Part shown: positions 1 through 9,687 of the stretch, piece by piece | Layout: each line of letters opens with the position of its first letter | Numbering within the stretch: the first letter of the stretch is position 1 | Assembly: GCA_000992305.1 (NCBI GenBank) | Contig: LBTY01000008.1 | Span: 889-62,769 of the forward strand | Source of the DNA: a candidate division TM6 bacterium GW2011_GWF2_38_10 | Lineage (GTDB): Bacteria; Babelota; Babeliae; Babelales; RVW-14 | Direction: 5' to 3' | DNA: 61,881 bases | Notes under the pieces: model-generated | Told to the model about the DNA's origin: nothing | Database searches by the model: none | Seen by the model: only the letters and a program-made list of their open reading frames with translations | Position numbers and translations under genes: made by a program

Positions 1-567
1 CTTGATGTCATTAAACAACACATTGAAAAAACAATTGATGCAAAATTGAGTGCACACCAAACAACCTCCCAACCAAGCTCCAATGATATTGTTCAAGATA
101 TCATGGCCATGGTTCACCAAGAAGAACAACGCATACAAAAAAGAGCATCCAAGCAAGCGGCTCGTGAACGCCTGCGCGCCGTCGTTTTACGCTTTCTTGA
201 CCTTGCGCTTAATAAACTTATGTGGAATATTGATGCACCTGAAAGTATTTGGCAATCTTTTTTAACCATTACGCAACAACTCCAAATGCTCGGTGCTGAA
301 AATATTATCAACCATCTTGACGACCTTGATGATCTATTGTGGACAACAACACATCGCTTTTGTTATTTCATCGATCTCCTTGGAGGCCACCTTCCGCTTT
401 CTTTTTTTGAAGAAATTGAATACGATCTTACGAATAACCTCGTGTTTTTTTTAGAAGCTCCAGAACAAGATCACGAAATTACCTCAAAAAAAAATACTAT
501 AGCGCAAACACTTATAAAAGCAAAAGCAAAAGCTTATGCCTATGAAACGCAAGGATTAATGAGCTAA
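1..567 (+). CDS. Hypothetical protein, C-terminal part; gene starts before the window
   Basis: Frame 1 is open from base 1 to TAA at 565-567, so the ORF-track start at 46 is internal. No recognisable motif. Confidence 0.75.
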   Translation, partial: LDVIKQHIEKTIDAKLSAHQTTSQPSSNDIVQDIMAMVHQEEQRIQKRASKQAARERLRAVVLRFLDLALNKLMWNIDAPESIWQSFLTITQQLQMLGAENIINHLDDLDDLLWTTTHRFCYFIDLLGGHLPLSFFEEIEYDLTNNLVFFLEAPEQDHEITSKKNTIAQTLIKAKAKAYAYETQGLMS

Positions 568-628
568 AAATAATATTGATTTAAAAGATGTTGATATAAA
601 TCCTATTTAAGCAGGTGGAAATAATTCC

Positions 629-949
629 ATGATAAGTAAAGAAGTTTTAAACGAAGTAAAAAATCGCTTGATTGCTACATATAATCCTATAGCAATCTAT
701 CTTTTTGGGTCATATGCATGGGGTAGTCCAACCAAAGACAGTGATCTGGACTTACTGATTGTTGTCGATCAATCTGAAGAAAAATCTTATAAACGTCCAA
801 TTGCTGGGTATAAGGCGCTACGTGGCCTGGATATTTCTAAGGATATCATTATATATACCAAAAAAGAGTTTGACAGCAAGACAAACGACGTGTCTACACT
901 TGGATATAAAATCAAGAAAGATGGGAAGGTGCTTTATGCAAGAGCATGA
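629..949 (+). CDS. Minimal nucleotidyltransferase (MNT) antitoxin
   Basis: LFGSYAWG...DSDLDLLIV nucleotidyltransferase motif, 106 aa, overlaps the downstream HEPN gene. Confidence 0.9.
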   Translation: MISKEVLNEVKNRLIATYNPIAIYLFGSYAWGSPTKDSDLDLLIVVDQSEEKSYKRPIAGYKALRGLDISKDIIIYTKKEFDSKTNDVSTLGYKIKKDGKVLYARA

Positions 950-1349
950 AGACTGGCTCAGGATTGCCAGAGAAGATTTAAGCGTAGCACGCGCCTTGGT
1001 TAAGGGAGAATTTTTTTCTGCGGTTACATACCACTGCCAGCAATCGGCAGAAAAAGCCCTCAAGGGGTATTTATCTTTTAAAAAGCATGAAATTTTAAAA
1101 TCACATGACCTATCAAAGCTTATCGACCTGTGTAAAAAAAACGATCGAGGATTCGATAAGCTCTATGACGCAGCAGACTGTCTTAATCCATATGCAACAA
1201 GATTTAGATATCCAACTGAATTTGGAATTCCAGATTTAGCTGACTCAGAACAGGCTATAAAAAATGCCGAAAGTATACTGCGATTTGTGCTAAAAAAAAT
1301 AACTGAAACAACAACAGGACAGCAGAATATGTTTAACAGATCGGAATAA
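936..1349 (+). CDS. HEPN domain protein (MNT-HEPN toxin-antitoxin pair)
   Basis: Start re-called at ATG 936 (MQEHEDWLRIAREDL). Has CQQSAEKALK, HDL and RYP motifs typical of HEPN. Confidence 0.9.
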   Translation: MQEHEDWLRIAREDLSVARALVKGEFFSAVTYHCQQSAEKALKGYLSFKKHEILKSHDLSKLIDLCKKNDRGFDKLYDAADCLNPYATRFRYPTEFGIPDLADSEQAIKNAESILRFVLKKITETTTGQQNMFNRSE

Positions 1350-1403
1350 TGTACACTATCAATGTCAATACATAGGACTCTACAGGATTAAAAACAGGAT
1401 TTT

Positions 1404-1460
1404 AAAATAACGTCGCTACCGTACATTTGAGTCTCATTATGACGGTAGCGGCGTCATTTT
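1404..1460. terminator. Bidirectional hairpin between convergent HEPN and asnA genes
   Basis: AAAATAACGTCGCTACCGT pairs imperfectly with ACGGTAGCGGCGTCATTTT. Confidence 0.6.
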
Positions 1461-1534
1461 GCAAAAAAAGCTTCAATTCACGCTGCCAGAAATAATTTTG
1501 ATTGCATCACTTAATGCATTTTCATGATATTCAC

Positions 1535-2555
1535 CTATAACAAAAGAATTCCTTTATCGTGCAAATCCTTAACCATTGCCTCAGGCCAAATACTTGCTTG
1601 CACCTGCCCAATGTGCGTCTTTTTTAAATAAAGCATACACAAACGCGACTGCCCAATCCCTCCGCCGATAGATAATGGCAACTCACCCGCAAGCAGCATA
1701 CGATGGAATAAGAGTGACGCACGAACTTGCTGCCCATGGAGCGCAAGCTGCCGCTCAAGCGCCACCTTATCAACACGAATTCCCATGGATGATAATTCAA
1801 AAGCAGATTGTAAGGCAGCGTTCCATACGAGAATATCGCCGTTCAGCCCACAAAATCCATCGCCTGTTGGAGTTGACCAATCATCATAATCGCACGAACG
1901 ACCATCATGTGGTTTTCCACTCAAAAGCACGCCACCAATGCCTATAATAAACACAGCACCGTGCTGCTTGCATGCTGCATTTTCGCGCTCTTTTGGCGAA
2001 AAGGTAGGATAACGATCTTCCAATTCTTGCGCATGAATAAACGTTATTTCAGCCGGAAGATCAATTGGTTGCTCGTTAAATTCATGCGCAACAGCCTGAG
2101 CAACCTTATACACCACGCTATAAATACTTCGTACAATCGTTTTTAAAAAATCAATGGTACGATCCTCTGCGCGAATTACTCGCTCCCAATCCCACTGATC
2201 AACATACAACGAATGAATGGCATCAAGATCTTCATCAGCACGAATTGCATTCATATCAGCATAAATCCCCGCCCCAACCGGAATGTTGTAACGAGCTAAT
2301 GTCATGCGCTTCCACTTTGCAAGCGAATGGACAATAACCGCTTGGGTAGCGCCATCAGCCCGAACAGAAAAACTCACCGGCCGCTCAACCCCGTTAAGAT
2401 CATCATTGATCAACACGCATAAGATTAAGTTCCTGAGCCAACAATCGTTGAAATGTATCTTTAACAAATGTTATTCCTAATTCAGTCTTAATAAGCTCTT
2501 GCGCCGCTGCTCGTTTTTTTGCATCACCCTCAAGTATCATTTTTGACAAAATCAT
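1535..2555 (-). pseudogene. asnA: Aspartate--ammonia ligase, frameshifted by a short deletion near 2408-2411
   Basis: HSLAKWKR, HSLYVDQWDWE, ELSSMGIRV and IGGGIGQSR are AsnA motifs. The N-terminus (ATG 2555 after AAGGA; ...FVKDTFQRLLAQELNLMRV) is in another frame, and the usual xAPLFVxxxxG segment before INDDLNG is missing. Confidence 0.85.
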
Positions 2556-2586
2556 ATCAGATCCTTTCTGCGCATACGCACATAAC

Positions 2587-2625
2587 AAAAAGAGCCCCAA
2601 CTGATCATTCAGCTGGGGCTCTTTT
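2587..2625 (-). terminator. Intrinsic terminator (attenuator) about 30 nt upstream of the asnA start
   Basis: Minus-strand AGAGCCCCAGCUGA-AUGA-UCAGUUGGGGCUCU followed by UUUUGUU. Confidence 0.9.
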
Positions 2626-2649
2626 ATTTTTTTTATTTTTTCTAACGTA

Positions 2650-2829
2650 TCATAGGTGCATCATAAACATACAGCAAACCCCAGCGGAATAATGTTGATT
2701 ATTCTGATTATTATTTTGGTTATTATTATTTTGATTAAGCTGGAAATTTACCTGATTGCAAGCAGCACAAAAACCACGGCTAATCGCCATGGAAAAAAAT
2801 GAATGATGAGAAAGTAACACCATTTTCAT
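2650..2829 (-). CDS. Asn/Gln-rich leader peptide of asnA (59 aa)
   Basis: Manual translation: MKMVLLSHHSFFSMAISRGFCAACNQVNFQLNQNNNNQNNNQNNQHYSAGVCCMFMMHL*. It has 12 Asn codons, and GTGAG lies just upstream of the ATG. Confidence 0.8.
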   Translation of the reverse strand: MKMVLLSHHSFFSMAISRGFCAACNQVNFQLNQNNNNQNNNQNNQHYSAGVCCMFMMHL

Positions 2830-2885
2830 ACAAGCTCACTTTTTGTTACTGCTTTTTCATACACACTTTGATTATTGACCCAATC

Positions 2886-2915
2886 ATCGTAGCACTAAAT
2901 AATACCGTTTGTCAA
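2886..2915 (-). promoter_or_regulatory. Sigma70-type promoter for the leader-asnA transcript
   Basis: Minus strand TTGACA-N18-TACGAT, with TG at the extended -10 position. Confidence 0.7.
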
Positions 2916-2922
2916 TTGCAAA

Positions 2923-4767
2923 TTAGCAAGCAACCTTTTTTACACGTTTAAAAACTGTTTTTTTTGCACTCACTTTTTTTCGCACAGGCTTTTTTTTAGG
3001 CTCCGCAGAAAAGGCATCATGCCGAACAACCATGCCACCTTCTTCGACCTCAAACTCCCACGCCATCGCTTTGCCCCTAAATCCAATCCCTATTTTGATG
3101 ATTTTATTAATCTTACGTGCATGCATCACCGTTGTATACTTTTTACGTTTTATTTGATCAAGTGCCTGTGCCGCCAAAACATCAAGCGGATCTTCTGTCT
3201 CCATATCATATTTTTTGAATTCAATAATTGTCCCCGCCTTAGTATGATCATGAGGAATAATGCAGATATCGTATCGGCCCGTTCCACTTTCACGGTTAGT
3301 AGTAACTTCGTGCGTCTGGCCAAGACTTACCAAAATACCAAGTATAAATGCCTGATACACATTTTCACCATCATCGCCAATGTCAAAAAAACTCATGCTT
3401 GCCAAAACATTCTCTTGAAATAATGTTAAAAATGTTTTAGGCGCTCCATCATAAATACCCATCACCATTTGATCAAATTTTGCACGATTCATTTTTTCAT
3501 CATTAAACCATGCAATAACCATTGTTTTTAATGAATCGAGCACTTCAAAATTAGGAGCAACAAGTAACGCCGTTGTTTTTCCCACCATATTTGTACGGCT
3601 CTTCCACGTAAGATATCCGGTAAAGACCAAAAATGACCACATCGCATTGGAGTCATTATACATATCGCGAAATACAATCGTATCATTGATCGTTTTTTCA
3701 ATCGATCCACCCTCCAATATTTGCAATAAATTTTTCTTATCCTCCGCCGACGCTTTTCTCATTGTTTCTTGAATAAGCATGTGCCCGCCGGTGTTGATCC
3801 AATGAGCTCCAAGAGCCTTTTTGTTAATGCATTCGATAATTGACCAGGGATTATAGATCATCGTAAAATACTCATTCCCCTGCGTATCATACTTTGGCAA
3901 GCCAACACGATAACCATTATACCATTCACGAACCTTTGTCCGATCAATCGGTGTTTGGAAATAATCAAGTATTGCAGTCACTTCACCTTCAACAAAACCA
4001 AATTTATCGGCAAATGCATCATCAAGCAACGAGTATGATGCTGAATTATTCATCCCCGAAAAAAGACTATCTTTGGCGATGCGCAAAATACCGGTGATCA
4101 CCGAAAATTCAAGATAATTATTGTCCTTAAGACCAGCGCAAAAGAAGCTGTACATGAAGTTTTTTATTTCTTCATAATAATTAAATTCAAAGCCCGCTTG
4201 CATCGGCGCATCGTATTCATCGATTAATATAATTACCTTTTGATTATAAATGTTATAAAGATGCTCTGAAAGAAACTTTAATGCTTGTTCATAATGCGTT
4301 TGAGAAGCTTTTTGAGTTATTAACGCTTGAAAAATTGATTGGCTATGCTCATCAGTAAAAGAATTCTGAAGAACTATACCGTGACGTTTACATTCGGCAG
4401 TAATTAAAAGCATTATCGCTTCGTAACATCCTTGCCACGTCAAACTTTTTATCCCCTTAAACGTTATAAAAATCACCGGATATTTCGCTTGTTGTGCCAT
4501 AATCTCTGGATAGTTCGTTATGGCGAGGCCATCAAACAAATGACGACAATCAGGCCGACTTGGATGTTTTTCAAAAAAATATTGAAGCATCGACATATTC
4601 AATGTTTTACCAAACCTGCGGGGGCGAGGAATAATCGTAACTGTTTTTGTTTTATGCTTAAAAATGTCGTAAATAAACATTGATTTATCAACATAATAAC
4701 AATTACTTTCAATCAATGTTTTAAAATCGTGAATCCCAAGCCCTATATTTTTTTGTTCCATAGCCAT
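2923..4767 (-). CDS. AAA-ATPase-like protein with C-terminal PD-(D/E)XK nuclease domain (copy 1)
   Basis: YYVDKS, RPRRFGKT Walker A, LIDEYD Walker B, WYNGY, YNPWS and NRESGTGRYD...IIEFK; Lys-rich tail. Confidence 0.9.
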   Translation of the reverse strand: MAMEQKNIGLGIHDFKTLIESNCYYVDKSMFIYDIFKHKTKTVTIIPRPRRFGKTLNMSMLQYFFEKHPSRPDCRHLFDGLAITNYPEIMAQQAKYPVIFITFKGIKSLTWQGCYEAIMLLITAECKRHGIVLQNSFTDEHSQSIFQALITQKASQTHYEQALKFLSEHLYNIYNQKVIILIDEYDAPMQAGFEFNYYEEIKNFMYSFFCAGLKDNNYLEFSVITGILRIAKDSLFSGMNNSASYSLLDDAFADKFGFVEGEVTAILDYFQTPIDRTKVREWYNGYRVGLPKYDTQGNEYFTMIYNPWSIIECINKKALGAHWINTGGHMLIQETMRKASAEDKKNLLQILEGGSIEKTINDTIVFRDMYNDSNAMWSFLVFTGYLTWKSRTNMVGKTTALLVAPNFEVLDSLKTMVIAWFNDEKMNRAKFDQMVMGIYDGAPKTFLTLFQENVLASMSFFDIGDDGENVYQAFILGILVSLGQTHEVTTNRESGTGRYDICIIPHDHTKAGTIIEFKKYDMETEDPLDVLAAQALDQIKRKKYTTVMHARKINKIIKIGIGFRGKAMAWEFEVEEGGMVVRHDAFSAEPKKKPVRKKVSAKKTVFKRVKKVAC

Positions 4768-4845
4768 ATCCCCTCATCCTGAAATCACACTCAAGACGCT
4801 ACATCAATAATTTTTGTATAAACCTATCAATAAAAAAGCACCATG

Positions 4846-4885
4846 AGTATACCACAGCCCACAAAGATTGCATACGCCCTGTTTT
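4846..4885 (-). promoter_or_regulatory. Conserved upstream element and probable promoter of AAA copy 1
   Basis: AAAACAGGGCGTATGCAAT-N12-TGGTATACT; the same motifs with the same spacing occur at 20209-20248. Confidence 0.6.
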
Positions 4886-4921
4886 ATAGCAGCGTGCTGC
4901 TATAAATGAACAGATTTGAAT

Positions 4922-4970
4922 AAAAAAAGTGCCAGGAGGACGCTTTAAAAAGCAATCCACTCCTGGCACT
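4922..4970 (-). terminator. Intrinsic terminator after WD40 gene 1
   Basis: AGTGCCAGGAG/CTCCTGGCACT arms followed by a T run on the minus strand. Confidence 0.75.
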
Positions 4971-4978
4971 CAATGTAA

Positions 4979-7534
4979 TTAAACTACCGGATTATAAACA
5001 AGATTCCCGCTTAAAAGAACCCGAGCCCCTGAAAGCATCGTAACATCACAATCATGTTCAGGATTAACCCCATCACCAAAGATAATTGACTTACCAGTGG
5101 CGGGAATAAGTTCCTGCTTAAACTCTGTATTAAAAATATCAAGATTATTTGTATAACGCCCAAGCAAATGCGCACCATCGTCTGGTACCCAATGGACATT
5201 TTTTATACCTGGCATACTATCAAATGCAATCCCCGTATCAGTAAGCGAAACGCCATCAAATGCATAAATTTTAATGTCGTTAGTATACCCAACAGCAAGA
5301 TACTCACTATTGGCAAACCAATCAACCGACATCACTCCCGAAAGCGCAACCGAAACTTCTGTAGCCCCAAAATCACTTCCCGTCCATTGATACACCGTAA
5401 CGCCATTGTCACCACGGGCGGCAGCAATCCAATTACCATCAGGCGACCAAGCAACGTGCTTGCACCCTGTCACATTCTCTTTAGTTTTAAATAAGGTCAT
5501 CGCGCCATTTTTAGCAGAGTCTTTGTACACACGAATTTCTTCTGGCGATCCATCATCGAATAATGCTGGCACCACAGGCCACCCATCAGCTCCAAAACCA
5601 GGAAAGCCAAGCGCCACATAATAATCATCCCATAAATCTGGCGCCCATGAAATTGAGTTGCTAATAGCACCAATGTCACTATTGGTTACATTGGTGACCG
5701 AATTATCATTACGATTGAAACTATATACATAAAGCTTTTTATCATAATAATATGAAGATTCATCCCAACTATCCGCTTCAAACCCGCCTATGCTAATAAA
5801 ATCACCTTCTGGCGACCATACAACCTTATTGATAAACTCACTTAAAGACGATACGGAACCATCTTTAACCAAGGTAAGACCACTCACACCAACAGAATAA
5901 ATATACCATCGTCCATCATAAACGTAATAGCCCCCCATTAAATCACCATTTCTTCCCGTTCCCACCACAACGTAAGCGCCATCTGGCGACCACGCAATTG
6001 AAGTTACATAGCGAGAAAAATAAGTATCATAATCGTAATTTATTACACTTCCTTGTAGCGCAAGTGTAATTCCATCAAAAGAATACAATTGTATAGAATG
6101 CTGCTTATTTAAACCCTCTTCCCCATAGCCTACCAAAAGCATGCTCCCATCAGGAGACCATGATGCAACACGAATGTTTGGAATATTTTGCGTTAGTGTT
6201 TTTATTGGATTATCAAAACCTTCAAATAGTTCAGCCGAATGGTGATCTAAATGTGATAAGCCATCAAAAAGAACTTGGCCACGCATAAACTGTAAATCAT
6301 CTCCCGTTGTTATAAAATCAGCACCATTAAACATTAAACGCGATGTTGCAGAACCCAACTGTAATCGTTCAAGTGCTGCTGACTTTGGCGCAAAAGAAAA
6401 TGTTGCTCCAGTATCAAAATAAAGTGTTCCATGTGGCGCAATACTCAACAATCGAGGAGATTGATACAACAATGCACTTGTTCCACTCACCACCACATCA
6501 TTGTGCACAAAAATAGATCCTTGATCAATCTGCAAATCATTACTAAGGTTGAGAACGACATTGTCCAAGCACAATTTTCCTGAAGCATCGCATTCCAACG
6601 CTGGTGTTGCAGCTCCCATGCGTTCAGGAGATATAATCATGTTACGCAGCGTCACCGTACTATTAGCATCCGCCATAAGCTGCGCATGCGGCTCAAAATA
6701 CACCGTCCGTCCGCCACCATCAATAACTATATCGCCAGCACAATGAATTACCTTCCCCGCAGAAATTGATGTATCACCCTGAAGCAGTAACGTCGCACCA
6801 TCGACAGAAAAAATGTTTGTATTAGGTAAAACACCATGTAACGCATTGGTTATTGCCTGTTGAGCAACAAGAGCATCGGTACTAAGTGCAACATCGTAAT
6901 TAAAATCAAAAGCTATATTGTCTAACGTCACCAAACATCCTGAGGCGCCATTATCAATAAGTGGTAATGTATTAGTTGTACCCGTTGTTTTTAACGTCAT
7001 ATTTTTCATAACAATTATAGCATCACTTGCTGCTTTTAATTGTGCATCATCCGCAAATATAAGCTTATTACCATTACCATCGATCGTTATTGTCCCCTGC
7101 AGCGTAAGAATTTTACTCGCCGGAATCGTACAATCACCCTGCAACAACAACGTTGCACCATCAGCTTCAATGGTGCCGCCGCTCAACAACTGCACACCCG
7201 GAGCCAATACTAAATCATTTTCAAGCACAAGGCTTGCGGTATCATTCAAATCAATATCACCACTAACAGGTTGTAAAAGATCGAGATATGCAACATGACC
7301 AGAATCCAAAGAAAAACCATGATTAAAATATATCACACCACAATAGTGATTATTATTCTCCAAAGCAACTTGATCATTGTATACAAGACCAGATGGGGCA
7401 TATGTTCCAGAATCAAGTGTTGTTGAGGTATGGGATGACAATTCCCACGCTCCACTATTAATTATTTGCGCAGAAAGAGTAAAAACTCCCGCGCTTAAAA
7501 AAACTCCAGCAAATAACCACAAAAATTTCTTCAT
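4979..7534 (-). CDS. Exported scaffold + WD40 beta-propeller protein (paralog 1)
   Basis: Signal peptide MKKFLWLFAGVFLSAGVFTLSA; scaffold motifs IDGxG, AQL, DNVVL and HNDVVV; repeated WSPDG blades. Confidence 0.8.
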   Translation of the reverse strand: MKKFLWLFAGVFLSAGVFTLSAQIINSGAWELSSHTSTTLDSGTYAPSGLVYNDQVALENNNHYCGVIYFNHGFSLDSGHVAYLDLLQPVSGDIDLNDTASLVLENDLVLAPGVQLLSGGTIEADGATLLLQGDCTIPASKILTLQGTITIDGNGNKLIFADDAQLKAASDAIIVMKNMTLKTTGTTNTLPLIDNGASGCLVTLDNIAFDFNYDVALSTDALVAQQAITNALHGVLPNTNIFSVDGATLLLQGDTSISAGKVIHCAGDIVIDGGGRTVYFEPHAQLMADANSTVTLRNMIISPERMGAATPALECDASGKLCLDNVVLNLSNDLQIDQGSIFVHNDVVVSGTSALLYQSPRLLSIAPHGTLYFDTGATFSFAPKSAALERLQLGSATSRLMFNGADFITTGDDLQFMRGQVLFDGLSHLDHHSAELFEGFDNPIKTLTQNIPNIRVASWSPDGSMLLVGYGEEGLNKQHSIQLYSFDGITLALQGSVINYDYDTYFSRYVTSIAWSPDGAYVVVGTGRNGDLMGGYYVYDGRWYIYSVGVSGLTLVKDGSVSSLSEFINKVVWSPEGDFISIGGFEADSWDESSYYYDKKLYVYSFNRNDNSVTNVTNSDIGAISNSISWAPDLWDDYYVALGFPGFGADGWPVVPALFDDGSPEEIRVYKDSAKNGAMTLFKTKENVTGCKHVAWSPDGNWIAAARGDNGVTVYQWTGSDFGATEVSVALSGVMSVDWFANSEYLAVGYTNDIKIYAFDGVSLTDTGIAFDSMPGIKNVHWVPDDGAHLLGRYTNNLDIFNTEFKQELIPATGKSIIFGDGVNPEHDCDVTMLSGARVLLSGNLVYNPVV

Positions 7535-7578
7535 ATCATAATCCTTTTTAAACGAAACATATTTTCACTCATAATTAT

Positions 7579-9595
7579 TCAACTATGGGCAGGATCAACA
7601 ACCACGCTCCCAGAAACATGCAATGTTGTAGCCGCGGAGTAGCGAACATCACAATCCTGTGTTGCATCAGTACCACCGTTACCCAAGGTCAATGCCGCAG
7701 CAGGAGCACCGGATGTTATATAATTGTAGGTGACGGGGAATGTGCATAAATAATAATTTGATTTATAAGCCGCAATTTTTTCACCAGCCGGATGCCAAGC
7801 AACCAATTTATAAGGATTCCCATCAGTCGAAACTGTTTGAACAATTGTTGCCTGCCCGTTCCATATGCGATAAACCAAGAAATTATTATAACTTTGCGAT
7901 GATCTACCAACCAAAAGATACCGTGAATCTACTGACCATGACAAAGAATGTGCATATTGCGGCATAGATCCAGTTACACGTGCACCAAATGTTCCATCTT
8001 CTTGATTCATGTAATAAATATAGAGAGCATCTGTCGTACTAATCATTGAATAGGTTGCGGCAAGATAGGTTCCATCCGGTGACCATGTTATAGATGTTGG
8101 AGGAAAATTTCCACTCTTTCCCAATGCTTGAGTCAAAGTCCAGTTACCACTAACATCTACTGTCCCAACCTTAAGCCTATAATCATCAACCGATCCCCAA
8201 CTCAAAGCAAGGCATCTTCCATTTGGTGACCACGCTAAAGCAAACACTTGCGAAACACCGCTATGCGTTACAACCGTGCCCAACGTTTTATTTTCATTAA
8301 CGGGATAAATATAGAAATTAGCATCTCCACCAACAGCCAACCATTTTCCATCAGGTGAAAAAGCTAAAGAATAAATGGAATCTCCAACATTTTTCGCTTC
8401 TACTAAACTACAATTTCCAAGGCTATCAATACGATATACACTTATTAAGTTACTTCCTGAAGGAAAGACAAAACAATCACTATCAGGAGTCCATGCTATT
8501 AAATTAACCCCATCATTTGTAAAACTATTCATGAAGAATCCACCCATAGCTGCGGAAAATACAGAAGTTGTAAGATCGGAAGCTTTAAAAACATTCAAAA
8601 AATAAGGAGAGCCAAGACCTATTGCTAACCAAGCTCCATTAGGAGACCATACATTTGCTCTTATCAAACTATACGAAGTATCAGTTCGATCTCCTACTAC
8701 AGGAGTCGCAATCGCCGAGGTAACATTCACATCAACCGTGTTGTTTAACCCCAGCTGCCCCCGAGTTAACCGTAACCCCTGACCCACAACATCAAGCGAT
8801 GCATTGTCAACTATCAACCGTGATGAAGCATCTGCAAGCTTCACAAAACCACTATCATTCGCATACGGAGCATATAAAAATGTTGAACCATCTTGAACAT
8901 ACAAACTACTTTGTGAAGCAATATAAGCCGGCTTAGTAGAGCGATCTTCCAGTAACAACAACATCATGATGAAAAAAATGCTGACCACCCTTTAAATCAA
9001 GATCATAGCCAAGTGAAAAAATAACATTATCAAAACATAATTTGCTACTCCCTGAACAATCTAATTGCGTTTTGCTAACAGCAATACGATCAGTGCTAAT
9101 AATCATGTTGCGTAAGGTCACCGTAGCATTTGCATCTACCATCAACTGCGCATGCGGCTCAAAAGTCAACGTCCGCCCGCCGCCGTCAATCACCATATCG
9201 CCGGCGCAATGAACAACCTTACCCGAAGGGATTCTTAGATTACCCCCAAGCGTAAGCCCCTTGCCCGCCGATGAAAAATAACCGCCATCAGAGATAGTTA
9301 CGTGGCTATCAAGTGCAAGATCACGCGCTAAGTGCACCGCGCCCGTGCCCCGCAGATCAATGGCGCCAGAAACAGATGTTACGCAATCCATCGTAATGGC
9401 AGCACCCGGCAACACCGTAAACCCATCGGCAAAATAAACAAACCCCTGAGCCTGATCGCCGTCACGAAAAACATGGTTATACTGTTGAAAGGCAACCCCC
9501 GTTGTGCCATCAATTGACTCGGCACGAACCCCAATGGTCAACAATGCTACTCCCAGCAATGCGCCACAACAAAACATTATGCTACGCTTGAGCAT
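7579..9595 (-). pseudogene. Exported scaffold + WD40 protein (paralog 2), frameshifted near 8943-8946
   Basis: ORFs 8933-9595 and 7579-8988 are consecutive halves collinear with paralog 3. About five codons (the SALxY motif) are missing at the junction. Confidence 0.8.
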
Positions 9596-9657
9596 ACAAT
9601 CTCCTTCCTCTTTTTTTTAAATATTCCAGACAGGCCTTTCCCGTCTTTTTAAACTAG
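9578..9657 (-). repeat. Shared start and upstream sequence of WD40 paralogs 2 and 3
   Basis: TATGCTA(C/T)GCTTGAGCATACAATCTCCTTCCTCTTTTTTT...CTTTTTAAACTA recurs at about 18201-18281. Confidence 0.8.
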
Positions 9658-9687
9658 GTTAGCAATTTTTTTTCATTTTTTCATCCG

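Noticed and set aside
759-935. N-terminal extension of the HEPN ORF
   Set aside because: It overlaps the MNT gene in another frame; HEPN similarity starts at ATG 936.
2395-2425. Programmed ribosomal frameshift in asnA
   Set aside because: Conserved residues are physically missing and there is no slippery sequence, so recoding would not restore the protein.
2403-2600. ORF-track 65-aa protein as a separate gene
   Set aside because: It is the asnA N-terminus, and its TTG start lies inside the terminator hairpin.
2690-2737. AAT tract as a plain microsatellite
   Set aside because: The interruptions (AAC, CAA, CAG) stay in frame and encode only Asn or Gln, and the tract is tied to attenuator helices upstream of asnA.
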